Positions 41,851-55,796 of a DNA stretch of 64,000 nucleotides are shown piece by piece (positions within the stretch are counted from its first letter, which is position 1; each line of letters begins with the position of its first letter). A program made the position numbers and the translations under genes. Origin of the DNA: Octopus vulgaris (lineage: Eukaryota); assembly GCA_951406725.2 (NCBI GenBank), contig OX597826.1, positions 11,470,001-11,534,000 on the forward strand, in the 5' to 3' direction. The notes beneath the pieces were generated by a model. The model was not told the origin of the DNA and did no database searches. It saw only the letters and a program-made list of their open reading frames with translations.

Positions 41851-42764
41851 TGTATATATATACATATAAATGCCAGACAAAACGAGCGCTCATCATGTTT
41901 ATTCATATTCTGTATGTCTCTTAATTTCGTTTCTTCTTCTTCGCTCCATCCCACCATCCCGTCTTCATTCATTCTTTGTTTCTTTTCTTCCTTTCTTATC
42001 GTCTCCTTCTGTTCCATCCCTGTCTTTCCTCCTTTCTTTCTTTCTTTCTAATATCACTTCCCTGCCAAGTGCTTCGGTTGAAATTAAAGCCTAACCGCCC
42101 GCAATCATTAATCATATGGGGGATGGGTTGAAAAAACTACTCATCACCGGCCTCTTACGACCAGCCGTCTTAGACATTAGTAGTACTGCTTGGTCACTAA
42201 CTCTGACGAAATCGCCTCAAATAAACAGTGACTCAAACAAACTGGAACCAACCTTAGGTCTCCGCGTCTTGTTTTTCAATACAAACATATTATTCATTCT
42301 AAGTACTTCACGACTTGTCAACAAAAACGTGGTTATTTTTTGTTTTTGCTTCTTGTAGTACCGTTCGTTAGAACTGGTGTCATTTCCCCTTCATCTTTTA
42401 TTTTCGCTAATTTTAATTCCTCGTTTGTTTTCCTTATGTTTTGGGTTAATATATGTAGAACGAAAATATTTTCGTATCAAACATGCGCGTGATCGACGTG
42501 TGTGGGTGCGTGCGTGTGTATATGTCTTGTTTTACTGTCGAATAAATTGACACACCGGTACTTATTCGTTTTGAGTCTGGTATTTTTTCTGTGGGGTTCG
42601 TTTGCCAAACCTTTAGGTTACGAGAACGTAAACAACCCAACACCGGCTGCCAAACACAAAAACAAACGCATACTCACAACCCAGTGCACACACACACACG
42701 CACACACACTGGATCGTTAGCTCCTACACGCAATTTTTTTCTCTCCTTGTTTCTTTTCAGTGTA

Positions 42765-42802
42765 TCTTTCTGTCGAAGAGCGTAGGCTCGAAACGTAAAA
42801 GA
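42765..42802 (+). ncRNA. Minimal hammerhead ribozyme, A6U variant (element ~42712-42893 ending at (TATG)n)
   Basis: tcttt-CTGTCGA-A-GAGC-gtag-GCTC-GAA-ACGT-A-aaaga. Confidence 0.65.
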
Positions 42803-43124
42803 CTTATTTCTATTTCTATTCCATACTAATACATTGTTTGTTTGTACTCCACCTGCCTTCGTCTTTTGTTTATTTTCGTAAATCTTCCCGTTATGTATGT
42901 ATGTATGTATGTATGTATGTATGTATGTATGTATGTATGTATGTATGTATGTATGTATGTATGCATGCATGTATGTATGCGTGTAAGCGTATATGAATGT
43001 ATGTGTTAGTGAGAGAAAGTGTTGGAGATATTCGGTAGTGAATGTTATTGCTCAAGGAAGTACTCAATATATTTATTCCGGGTATTCCGACCGCGAGCTT
43101 GATGTGCATTCAAAACCTCCAATG

Positions 43125-43192
<68 letters not shown>

Positions 43193-43197
43193 CATCT

Positions 43198-43320
<123 letters not shown>

Positions 43321-43980
43321 GATATGTACGTACATACGTATGTATGTATCTATGTATGTGTGTGTATGCATGTGTGTGTGTATGTATGTTTGCAAGTATG
43401 AATGTCTTCCGTTTTTAATTATTTGAAACTTTCCACTAAGGAAGCACCAAGTTTCTAACAAACATACATAGCTCTATCGTTGGATTGTAAATAACAAAAA
43501 CAAATTCACATCTTATACTATGTATCAGCTAGGAAACTGTAAGGCTGATCATTTAAAAGTCCCTGCTCTGACCCTGGATTTCGTTATTCAGAGCTGGCAC
43601 AAACATGATACTATGACTAAGAAATTCGTTCAACAGCGACTTCGTTCAAGGTTGGGCATGAAATCTATGCTTTTGTCTATGTTCCCTAAGCCGGTGGTTC
43701 AACAATTATGTATCGATAATATAACAGTAAGTATAGGTATCGATATGTATTATTGAGAAAACTAACTAAATATAGGAAAATATAAATAAGAAATAAGTAG
43801 AAATTTTACCGGTGAGTGTTTCACATTATAAGGCACAAAAAGAAAATGATTCCCCCCAGACATAACTAAATAAAGAAAATATAACTTTTGTGGCTGTACC
43901 TCAGTATTGCCTTAGTCAAACGGCTGAAATAAGAATGAAAGAATATGAAACTGTGTGCACATATATATATATATATATAT

Positions 43981-44296
43981 CACCGTGATCACCGTGACCG
44001 ACCAGGCTATCAGATGTTGCTACACATCGCTGGTCACAATGCGCTTCGCATTGTTTTATCCTTCAAATGACGCCACCCCGCTGGCTAAGCGAGCAGGCCG
44101 ACAGAAGAGAGAGTGATAGAAAGTTGTGGCGAAAGAGTACAGCAGGGATCGCCACCACCCCCTGCCGGAGCCTCGTGGAGCTTTCTTTAGGTGTTTTCGC
44201 TCAATAAACACTCACAGCGCCCGGTCTGGGTATCGAAACCGCGATCCTACAACCGCGAGAACCGCTGCCTTAACCACTGGGCCATTGCGTCTCCAC
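43981..44296 (-). mobile_element. Family C SINE with RTE-derived tail c
   Basis: Family C head; tail similar to the RTE 3' end at 12950-13010. Confidence 0.85.
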
Positions 44297-44557
44297 ACAC
44301 ACACATATATATAGGTGGATGGAGTGTTTAACGTTTCTTATTGTGGCACAAGGCCAGTAATTTTGAGGAGATAGAGAAGAGCATTACATCGAACCCAGTG
44401 TTCGACTGCTTCTTTATTTTATCGAATTCTAAAAAGCTAGGTGAAAAAGTCAACTTCCGGAGAATTGGAACTTAATGGTAAAGACGCTAAGCGTTTTGTC
44501 CGGCCTGCTAACGAATCTACTAACTCGCTTCCTTGTGTTTGTTTAATATATATATGT

Positions 44558-44645
<88 letters not shown>

Positions 44646-44688
44646 TACTAATAATAATAATAGAAAATGTAGACAAATACATATAATT

Positions 44689-44996
44689 GTGGAGGCACTC
44701 GACCTAGGGGTTAGAGCAGCGGACTCGTGGTCGAGGGATCGCGGGTTCGAATCTCAGACAGAGCGATGTATGTGTTTATGAACGGAACACGTAAGCTCCA
44801 CGCGGCTCCGGCAGAAGGTAATGGCGAACTTCTGCTGACTCTTTCGCCACAACTTTCTCTCACTCTTTCCTCCTGCATCTTGCAGCCCACCTGCGACGAA
44901 CCGGCGTCCTGTCCATGTGGGGAACTTATGCGCTAAGGAAACCGGGAAACCGGCCCTTATGAGCCAGGCGTGGATCAAGAAGGAACAGACAGCAAC
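44689..44996 (+). mobile_element. Family C-related SINE, tail d (V-domain-like)
   Basis: B-box gggttcgaatctc; cctgcgacgaaccggcgtcctgtcca resembles the V-SINE domain; TSD-like catataatt / catacaatt. Confidence 0.75.
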
Positions 44997-45175
44997 ATAC
45001 AATTAGAGAAGTGTGTTTAAATGTTGAGTAGAGCACCGGTACAGTTTAGGCTACCTGTTGCCATCCGTAATTTTGGTACACTTCCGTTGGAGTTACTTCA
45101 AGAACATCGCAGTGACAGTTAGGGTATTAGTATTGATTGATAGTAAGAGATGGATTTCGTATTAGACTTTTATAA

Positions 45176-45220
45176 GTACAACATATGTTTCGATCCATCA
45201 GTCTGGGTCTCTTCAGGTAC
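45176..45220 (-). ncRNA. Hammerhead ribozyme, canonical core
   Basis: gtac-CTGAAGA-GACCCA-gactga-TGGATC-GAA-ACATATGT-T-gtac. Confidence 0.8.
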
Positions 45221-45288
45221 AGTGATAAAGATATTTTTTGTGTTGGCCAACCGACACAAATAATATCTTGAGAGACTCCTTTATCAAT

Positions 45289-45333
45289 GTGCCTGATGAG
45301 ACCCAGGCTCATGGGTCGAAACATACGTTGTAC
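45289..45333 (+). ncRNA. Hammerhead ribozyme, canonical core
   Basis: gtgc-CTGATGA-GACCCA-ggctca-TGGGTC-GAA-ACATACGT-T-gtac. Confidence 0.82.
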
Positions 45334-45427
45334 TTAATAAAAGTCTAATACAAAATCTATTCTCCTACTATCGATTAATGCCATATATATATATATATAA
45401 ATAGATATATATATAAATAGATGAGTG

Positions 45428-45513
<86 letters not shown>

Positions 45514-45670
45514 AATAATAATATACATATGTATATAATTATATTAAGAGACCACGGGTGTATATTTATCTGGAGTTTTTGGTAGTGTTTTGAAGGTCTC
45601 GGCACTTCAAGCATGCTCCAGATAGGTCATTTCCGCCCTTGCTCCCTTAATATAATTATATGCACAAGTA

Positions 45671-45947
45671 GGCATTCCTTCGATATAACTCGACAAAATC
45701 AAAACATTTCACTTCGGATATTTCCGTGGGTTGTGGAGTATAGATATAACGAACTTATGTCAGCAATGTCTCATTTTAAACTTGAAGGTAAAAAAAAAGC
45801 CTTGCATATTTGTTCTTACCTGTTTCAGGTGTGTATGTAAAATCCGCAAATTTCCAAGCAGAAAACAGAATCGAACTGTCATTTGCTTCCACGGAAATAT
45901 CCGAAGTGAAATGCTTTGATTTTGTCGAGTTATATCGAAAGAATGCC
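45671..45947. mobile_element. MITE with ~59-bp terminal inverted repeats
   Basis: ggcattccttcgatataactcgacaaaatcaaaacatttcacttcggatatttccgtgg and its near-perfect reverse complement at 45889-45947. Confidence 0.85.
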
Positions 45948-46047
45948 CATATGTATAGTATCATTAATTTAATGTATAAATTACCTATAAATTGTTATAG
46001 CATGCCGACTACCTGATGAACATCATTAACGTGATTTTTATCCTTAT

Positions 46048-46092
<45 letters not shown>

Positions 46093-47244
46093 TGATATAG
46101 GCAGCAGTGTGCAAAAAGGAAAACTATAATTGTCACTAAATATGAGTAGGCTGTTAGAAACACCTACGCTGCTAGAAATAAGAGTTAATGCTCTTTGACT
46201 GCAGACAAAGTACGTGATTGCATACATTTATACAAACAAGGACTATAATCGCCCCAAAACACCGATGTATGTATGTATGTATGTATGTATGTATGTATGT
46301 ATGTATGTATGTATGTATGTATGTGTGTGTGTGTGTATGTGTGTTTGTATTTCTCTCACTCTCTTTAAACATATATGTTGTGTGTGTGTGTGTGTGTGTG
46401 TGTACTATATTCTTCTGCTCATTTTTGTTCACTAAAATGTTTTACATCAGATATATATATATATATAACGTACGACATCAAATTCCTCCCTGTTTCTTTA
46501 TTCGATCTAAAATCGCTGAAGAAGTTTAACTACGCAGAAACATGTCTAGAATTGTCTCCGCGCTGTCGAAGATCACAATCACTTTTAACTGAAATCCATA
46601 TTTAATGAGAATTTCTGGGTTGTCTCCCTTAGCTTATAAGTGTAAGAATTAGTCGTTTACCTAATGTTTGTTCTCATCACAAAATTTAGAATTTTAATTA
46701 ATTCAGATTTACCTGGTCTACTATATGTTAACACTTCTCTTAATATGAAGGTTTTGGGCAAAAATCTGTCAATCATTTTTTTTATTTCCCGGAAAATTTA
46801 GTCTCATTGTAAGTTCATTCATAAAAATATGAAACACGCATATACTCCGTCTGTCTGTCTGTCTGTCTCTCTTTCTCTCTGACACTGTCTCCCTCTCCCT
46901 TCCCCTCTCTCACTCTGTATCTGTAACTTGTTTCAGTCATCAGGCTACGGCCATGCTGGGGGCACTGCAGACCCCCAATACTTATTTATTCAATTCTGCT
47001 GCCAAACTCCTCAGTTACGGGGACATGGACGCATCGACTCCGGTTGTCAAGTATACACATATAAATTGTGTATGTATGTTTGTGATTTTAGTAAACACAG
47101 GATATATATCTACACATACACACATGCATACACACATTAATGTATGTATGTGTGTACGGATATTTGTAAGTATAGTAGACATAAAAACATTTTGATATCT
47201 CGGAAGGATAACGCTTACTAATATTTGCATATTTTACTTATATA

Positions 47245-47477
47245 TATTTCTTTACTACCCACAAGGGGCTAAACATAGAGGGGACAAATAAGGACAGACA
47301 AAGGGATTAAGTCGATTACGTCGACGCCAATGCGTAACTGGTACTTAATTTATCGACCCTGAAAGGATGAAGGGCAAAGTCGACCTCGGCGGAATTTGAA
47401 CTCGGAACGTAACGACAGACGAAATACGGCTACGCATTTCGCCCGGCGTGCTAACGTTTCTGCCAGCTCGCCGCCTT
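47245..47477 (-). mobile_element. Family B SINE, near consensus
   Basis: Nearly identical to the 12035 and 14761 copies. Confidence 0.9.
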
Positions 47478-47934
47478 AGGCGTTTTAGAGATACGTTCTT
47501 CTGTTTAAATATCACCTTAAACGCTAACAAATGGCTCAACCATGGCTCTAACAGACGGTTAATTACTAAAAGATAATACTCAGTGAATAAGTAATTTGGT
47601 TCATGAATACCTGCTTACCTCAAAATCACTTCTAACTATTTTATTGCTTTTTCTAGTAGAACATTCGTGATGTATTTTCCCTATCTAGGTAAGTCATGAA
47701 TTTTTTCTTTACAATGTATTAATACGCTGGTTTCGTTTTCTTTTTATATTCCAGTTGCATAATATTCAGTGAACAGCTACTTGTAGTAAGATTTCATAAC
47801 ATAAAGTCCTTCTGTTCCAACACCGACTGATGAAGCGAGTAGTTGTTGAAACATATTGACGACCGGGAAGGTTACTACAAGGTAAAATTAATGCATTTTT
47901 CTTCATATTAAGTTTAAGTAGCCTATCTACTTAC

Positions 47935-48009
<75 letters not shown>

Positions 48010-48785
48010 ACTATCTATCTATCTATCTATCATTCTATCTCTCTCTCTCTCTCTCTCTATCTGTCTGTCTGTTTGTCTGTCTGTAAACACATACATACAT
48101 ATATGCATATATGCATATATGTATGTATGTACGCGCACACAGTCGCACCTGTACACTCATACTTACATACATACATACATACAGACAGACATACAAACAA
48201 ACATACATACATACATACATACATACATACATACATACATACATACATACATACATACGTATGTATATGTGTGAGGGAAGGAAAGAGAGAGATCTTGGAC
48301 TAATGTTAATGAATGCAAAATGAGAAACGTGGAAATTAACCGAGGAAATAAATGCGTCCAAACCTTAGAAGGAGGCCGACAGCTTGTAGATTCGTTAATG
48401 AGTAATATTAACGACTCTCTTTAGCCTTATTAGGATAAAACATTTAAATCGCTTCCATATATCTTGAAAAATTACCTTAGTATGTCGGAACGGAAAAGTC
48501 CAACTCGGTCTCTCTAAGGGTTGAGCTAAAACATTAAAGAAACAGATTAAATATATAAATAATTGTTAGACATTTTAATCCGGCTTTCAGTAATTTCGTC
48601 AGCTAATAATTGTTTCTGACATAGAGATAAATCCTGAAATTCGAGGCTGGGAAATAGTCAATTATAGTGATTCCAGTGCTGGGCTAGTTCTTTATTTTAT
48701 CCGAAGGCCTAAAGGAAAAATTAACCGAATTCAACGCAACTTCAAGTCATCTGAAAATAAGCAACTGTAAGGGAATGGTACAGAG

Positions 48786-49037
48786 CAGTGATTCTCAGCT
48801 GGAGTCCATATGGCTCTTATGCAGTCCATATAAGCTTTTGTTATTAAAATTTATCTGCCATAAATTGGGTCATACTTTTTTCACAATACACAAAATATTT
48901 TTTAAATACAATTCCTAATAATATTTGATTATAGAAATATAATAGGATTTTTTAAACACTGAATACCTAAGAATACCAAACCGAGTAAAATAGGAACCAA
49001 AGGGGATCCATAGATCAAAAATGGTTGAGAAACACTG
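48786..49037. mobile_element. hAT-type MITE
   Basis: Termini cagtgattctcag / gttgagaaacactg; related left end at 59864; TSD not preserved. Confidence 0.65.
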
Positions 49038-49544
49038 CGTTAGAAGATTCGACTTTTTTCAAGGACAAACTTAAACAAAATGGAATTTCATTGTTGATTT
49101 TCCTACACTTGTTTTTATTACTCAAAACCATGATTTCTGACACCTCAGTGTCTGATATTCTTCACAATAGTTTTCGATATTCCACTTTCTGTTATGCTAA
49201 ACCATAGTTCTGATACTGGAAATTCTACAACTCCACAGTATAGACTCCTATACTCCGTATTTCTGATACCCTATCTTTTTTCTTCGCACCACAATAAACA
49301 TTTTCACACACCACACCATGATTTCTCACGCACTTGGCCATTATACTCGTCGTCTTATCTTCCATTACTCCAGCGTCATATTCTTCGATACTCCACATGA
49401 TGCCATTACTCTGCCATTGATTTCTGTCAGTGTTTATTTCTCTTCATCGTAATTCCTGATGTTCTTGTGTAAACTACTCATCATAAATTCTACACATCTA
49501 TTACTATAATTTCTGGTGCTCCAGTTTCTAGAACCTCACACACC

Positions 49545-49810
49545 GGTCTCGGATGATCTAGGATGAATGATAAAGACCCATCCCAATCATATAGACTCAC
49601 AGGGCTCCGGTTACCCTGTTTCCATGGCATATATATGGAACGCCGGTCTGCTGCAGGATCACTCATTTTTACCGGCTGAGTGAACTGAAGCAACGTGAAA
49701 TGATGCGCTTTGATCAAGAACACAACGCATCGCCCAGCTGAGGAACCGAAACCACAATCTTAAAATCATGAGTCCAACATCTCTAATCACTAAACCACAC
49801 GCCCCCGCTT
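49545..49810 (-). mobile_element. Family D SINE with tail d-like end
   Basis: Body shared with 4760-4860; tail resembles 44885-44970. Confidence 0.65.
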
Positions 49811-50779
49811 CAGATGATCTGCCACTCAATAGTTTCCGATACACCAGTTTCTAAAAACCGATCCTAAAATATCTAATACTCTAGTACCTTCTAACTCTAT
49901 TAAGTTTCTAAAACCCGATCCTAAAATATCTAATACTCTGGTACCTACTACGACACATCATAATTTCTGTTGCTTCTCACCACAGATTTCGATATTATAA
50001 TGTCAACTAATTTACTACTGTACCCTCTAGTTAGTGCGTTTCTGGCTTTTCTGCTACGTCATCAATTCATCCACAATCACGAATCTATTGATTTTGTATC
50101 AGATGATTGAGAATTTAACATGCAGAATGTAGTAGCGGGGACTGTGATAATGATTTTGAATGTAGTACATACATACATACATACATACATACATGATGCA
50201 TGTGGTAGTGGTCAATGTGTTAATATAGGAGCACTGATAGGTATTTATAACTATGGTGGAACTGACTCAAAATATTCATGACGCACTGGACTGTGTTAAA
50301 TGTATTTTCTCAAAATGAACACTTTGCTTGTATGTATGTATGTATGTATGTATGTATGTATGTATGTATGTATGTATATATGGATGTATGTATGTATGTA
50401 TGTATGTATGTATGTATGTATGTATGTATGTATGTATATATGGATGTATGTATGTATGCATGCATGTATGTATTTATGTATGCGTGCATGTATGTATGTA
50501 TGTATGTATGTATGTATGTATGTATGTATGTATGTATGTATGTATGTATGTATTTATGTATGTATGTATGTATGTATGCGTGTCATTGTTCAGTTTTATT
50601 TCAAGATTTCTTGCCAATAAAGAGCCGGTTTCTAACCTAGATTCTACTGAAAGATAGCATATCCCCGTTCTGGAACTTGATCTGGAAAATCTATAGTAAT
50701 TGTCACCACAGTACATTACTAATGATAAAATAACTACTTTGCTAATGAGCAACAAAAATATGGTAATCATTTCTGCTGG

Positions 50780-50982
50780 AAGCACAATGCCTCAAATTTG
50801 TTGGGGAGGGGACTAGTTCATTTTATCGAACCCAGTACTCGACTGGTGCTTAATTTATCGACTCCGAGAGGATGAACAGTAAATTCGACCTCGGTAGAAT
50901 TCGAACTTAGAACGTAGCGGCAGACGAAATGCCGCTAAGCATTTCCCCCGGCTTGCTAACGATTCTGCCAGCTCGCCGCCTT
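50780..50982 (-). mobile_element. Older family B SINE
   Basis: Head ccagctcgccgcctt plus Meta-like domain. Confidence 0.8.
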
Positions 50983-51599
50983 AACAAGAATATAGTAAAG
51001 ATAGCGAACAGAAGTGGTTGCGGTGTTCATACATTTACTAAGGCAGTTTATGATGTAAGTGAAAGAAGTTTTGGCAAAGAATGAAACATGAGTCTCAAAT
51101 ATGTTCCACTAAACTTCCGACTACGTTTAACCACCGTTAAGAGGTTTCTGTGCGGGATCACTCGATCCGATAGAAACAGCAGCTAAACCTCCATCATATC
51201 AGAACCTACAGTCAGTTTTTGACTACGTTCAGCCACTGATGAGAGGTATCTCTATGTGCTCGTTCGATCAGTTAGAAAAAACAGCCAAACTTGCCTCAAA
51301 TCAGAACCTGCCATCTTCAGAGAGAGGTGTTGGCGAACCCGGGGCTATAGTGGAAGGCATTTATCCATGATGCCGTGTACAGGTACTGAACCCGAGACCA
51401 CATTGCTACAAAGCTTGTTAACCACACAACCATGTTAACCATACAGCTATGTTTGTTCCCACATCTAGCTTTATAATATGCTCAGTATGATTCTAGTTAC
51501 CTCATAATTGAAATAGAGATATTTGAACGATTCATGTTCCTCATGAAGTATTTCCTCTCAGACACAAACAACATATTAACAGTGTCAGAGAGAAAAAAA

Positions 51600-51806
51600 G
51601 ATATTTTTTTTTTTTATATTTGGTTGACTCAAGTTTTTCAGTTTACTGTTCAGATGTATTTGCAAACCTTGCATTGAGAAAAAGACTGATGAGGTGTTTT
51701 TCGATCTCCACTATATTTGGAGTAAAAGGACCTCGATTTCTGAGAGACTCTATGATTCCATTTGATATTTAGCTCCTTCTTAACGCGGTAGGCCACTTTA
51801 TATCTA
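51600..51806 (+). repeat. ~200-bp direct repeat (second copy 54830-55032, fragment 56677-56725)
   Basis: High identity by eye between the two copies. Confidence 0.85.
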
Positions 51807-52069
51807 TCAATTCAATCACTGTAACCAATGTTATTAACAACCTCTTTTTGTATTTAGAACAGGACCAATACGGCAATTGAGAAGAGAACAGTCAAGCGTA
51901 TCAAACCCCAAGACTGGAATCTCAATGTTTCTTCGCGAAAGTCAAGCGAGATGAATTAGGATATAAAAAAGAATAAATGCCCCATGGTATGGTATTTTCT
52001 TCGGTATTCTATCATTTTCCTTTTCTGTCTGGTTGTTACAATCTTGTATCGTTTTTTTCTTTTTAACCT

Positions 52070-52254
52070 TTCACTTGTTTCAGTCATTAGACTGCGGCCA
52101 TGCTGGGGCACCGTCTGAAAGAATTTTAGTCCAGTGAATAAACCTCGATACTTTTTTAAAGCCTGGTACTTAATCTATCGGTCTCTTTTGCCGAACCACT
52201 AAGATACAGGCACGTAAACATACGAACACCGGTTTTCAAAGGGGGTACAAACAT

Positions 52255-52317
<63 letters not shown>

Positions 52318-52505
52318 TGTATGTATATATATATATATATATATACATATAGCACCGACTTCTTTCAGTTTCCGTCTACCAAATCCATTTAGAAGGCTTT
52401 GGTCTGTCCGAGGTTATAGCAGAAGACACTCACCCAAGGTGACTTGCAGTGGGACTTAAACCGGAACCATTTGGCTCGGAATTAAACTTCTTATCACACA
52501 ACCAT
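52070..52505 (-). mobile_element. Family A SINE
   Basis: Homology to the 9971 copy; internal (CA)n(TA)n. Confidence 0.85.
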
Positions 52506-53001
52506 ACATACATACATACATACATACATACATACATACATACATACATACATACATTCATACATACATACATGTATACATACATATATACATACATACA
52601 TACATGCATACATGCATACATACATACATACATACATACATACATACATACATACATACATACATACATACATAAACACTGCCAGTCTAGTGCATAGGAG
52701 ACGTTTTCTCTGTAGTATCTGTAGATGCAGATGTCTATCAGGAGCTGAACTCAGTCATCAGCGGAGCCACATATGTAGAGTATAATTTTGTCTGAGCGCA
52801 GAGCTAGGTCAATGTCGGACAGTCCCACGATGGACTAGCTGGCCGGAACTTCGAAGTCATTGTTAACAACATAAATTTGTACTCTACAAAAGTACAGAGT
52901 AACTTATTAGACTAATGTAAAATTATTTACAACTGAGCATTGATATATATGCAAACATTGATATATATATGTATTAGTATAACGCTCAGGAATAGAAAAA
53001 G

Positions 53002-53037
53002 TCTTTACGTTTCGAGCCTACGCTCTTCTACAGAAAG
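53002..53037 (-). ncRNA. Minimal hammerhead ribozyme, A6U variant (element 52971-53066 between TA tracts)
   Basis: ttt-CTGTAGA-A-GAGC-gtag-GCTC-GAA-ACGT-A-aag. Confidence 0.6.
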
Positions 53038-53064
53038 GGACACAGAAAAAACAAGGAGAGAAAA

Positions 53065-53134
<70 letters not shown>

Positions 53135-53486
53135 CACACACATATGGACGTATAGACTAAACAATCAAGTATATATGCATATATAAACATACATTTATAC
53201 AATCACACACGTGCATACATTTACACAACACACATACATACACACACACACGCACAAACATACTTACACATACTTCCTCCTTACACACACATAAACACAC
53301 ATGTATTCGACCGAGTACAGAAGGGCCGCGACATAAATAAGTTTATAAATATAAATAAATAGAATAAACAAATTTTAAATCTCAGTTTCCTGCCGAAGAT
53401 TAAACGCTTTTAGGATTCATTTGCCGTTATCTCCAAGCAATACAACCTTCTCTTTACCAGGAGCTTAAACTAAATGGTTTAATATA

Positions 53487-54046
53487 CTGGGTTGTCCGGA
53501 AAGTTTGTGCCGATTTTTAAAGGAAAGAAAAAGGTCAATAAATACTTGCCATTACATTTTTAATCAACCAAATATGAACCATTTCGTTGCACAATGCGTC
53601 TCCATCATTCCATTAACATGAAAATACCTTTTTCCCAGAATTTAGGTGGTTTCATGGCAAAGAATTCATCAGGGTATCTTTTTACGTCATCCAAGGAATT
53701 GACATTTTTACCATTAAGACTATTCTGCAGAGACTTGAATAAGGGGAAATCCGAAGGAGCAATATAAGGTAAATATGGAGGTAACACATCCCAGCCGAGC
53801 TGGAGAAATTTTTGCCTGGTTCCCAAAGCATCAAATACCGAAAATGAACTTTCTTATCTTCCATTTTAAAGGGTCACAGAATTAACACAGGTTATAGGAA
53901 CATAACCCTTCTTCCGCGAAAAGATAGCTTAAACTGTGCTCTAAATGGAGGTGTAGTCAAATCCTATTTAATGGACTCAACCATGATCTAGAATAAGTCG
54001 AAATGTAAGCTAGCATAAGTCGGCACGAACTTTCCAGACAACCCAA
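53487..54046 (-). mobile_element. Internally deleted mariner (560 bp)
   Basis: TIRs ctgggttgtccggaaagtttgtgccga / tcggcacgaactttccagacaacccaa flanked by TA; N-terminus MEDKKVHFRYLML joined to C-terminal LGWDVLPPYLPYIAPSDFPLFKSLQNSL. Confidence 0.92.
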
Positions 54047-54419
54047 TATTTATCTGAGTTGAATCAGTTTCTTATAACTCGCCTTCCAACAGAAATACTA
54101 CATTTTATTTCTTACTTCCCTTCTCCTGAACTAATACACATGACAAACGTTAACACATACACACAAAGTATGCTTGTTGCTAGAAAAGCAACGTTAATGA
54201 TGAAGAATTTGAATTTGTGAAGAATTTGAATTTGTGTAATAGGAGAGAGCTTCATCCTGGAACAGTTTTTCACTGTTTTACCACAAAAACGGTCAGCTGT
54301 CTTATCAATATAAAGTGATAGATTAAGTAGAATGGGTGCTTGCTTCTATGGCCGAAGAAAAATATCACAAGAGATAGTAATGTATACAAACAAATACATT
54401 GGGTTTAAGAAATGTTACA

Positions 54420-54564
54420 GGCGCAGGAGTGGTTGTGTGATAAGTAGCTTGATTACCAACCACATGGTTCCGGGTTCAGTCCCACTACGTGGCACCTTGG
54501 GCAAGTGTCTTCTGCCAAAGCCTTGTGAGTGGATTTGGTAGACGGAAACTGAAAGAAGCCCGTC

Positions 54565-54611
<47 letters not shown>

Positions 54612-54819
54612 TGTGTGTGTTTGTGCGTCCCCCCCCTAGCATTGCTTGACAACCGATGGTGGGGTGTTTACGTCCCCGTAAACTTTAGCGGTTCGGCAAA
54701 AGAGATCGATAGAATAAGTACCAAGCTTACAAAGAATAAGTCCTGGGGTCGATTTGCTCGACTAAAAGCGGTGCTCCAGCATGGCCAGCATGGCCACAGT
54801 CAAATGACTGAAACGAGTA
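54420..54819 (+). mobile_element. Family A SINE
   Basis: Near consensus with internal (TA)n. Confidence 0.9.
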
Positions 54820-55028
54820 ATCCTTGAGGGATGTTTTTTTTTTTATATTTGGTCGACTGAAGTTTTTCAGTTTACTGTTCAGATGTATTTGCAAACTTGC
54901 GTTGAGAAAAAAACTGATGAGACGTTTTTCGGTCTCCACTATATTTGGAGTAAAAAGACCTCGATTTCTGAGAGACTCTATGATACCTTTTACTATTTAG
55001 CTCCTTCTTAACGCGGTAGGCCACTTTA

Positions 55029-55108
<80 letters not shown>

Positions 55109-55132
55109 CATCCATCCAACCCTAAATCCCCC

Positions 55133-55194
<62 letters not shown>

Positions 55195-55796
55195 CATCCA
55201 TGAAAACAGAGAGTTCATGAACCCAGAAATTGAAAACAGAGAGTGTATTTATGTAACATGTATGTATGTATGTATGTATGTATGTATGATCAATTTTTTC
55301 CTCTCCCCCTTTTTTTAACCCCCCTTTTTGTCCTCTTTCTCTCCTTTACGATCCTTTTGATCGAAACTCCCCCTTCCTTTTTTTTTTTTTCTTTATGTAT
55401 GTATGTTTGTATGTATGAAACATATCTATCTATCATCCATCCATCCATCCATCCATCCATCCATCCATATGCATGTATGTATGTATGTATGTACGTACGT
55501 ACGGCTGGCTGGATGGATGGATGGATGTAGTATCATATGCGTGTCGTACAAACATTTGACATCGTCCACCCTCTTTCCTCTGCTCGAACGCAAGCATACA
55601 CTTGTGGTCTCTCTCCCACTCTCTCTTTCTCTCCCTCTCTCTTTCACACATAGACACACGCACATACTTGCACACGCATGCACACACACGCACACAAAAA
55701 CATACACATACACTCACTTTCTTTCCATGTCACACATATACACAAGTGTATATAGGGTTGTGGATATATGTGAGGAGATATTTTGGAGAGTCAAGA

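Larger units (their letters stand above)
45129..45382. mobile_element. ~250-bp palindromic element with one HHR per strand
   Basis: ~100-bp imperfect inverted arms and a self-complementary centre (aagatatt..tttgtgttgg / ccgacacaaa..aatatctt); abuts (TA)n. Confidence 0.8.

Noticed and set aside
51236-54925. Isolated CTGATGA matches (51236, 51686, 54914)
   Set aside because: No stem II followed by GAAA
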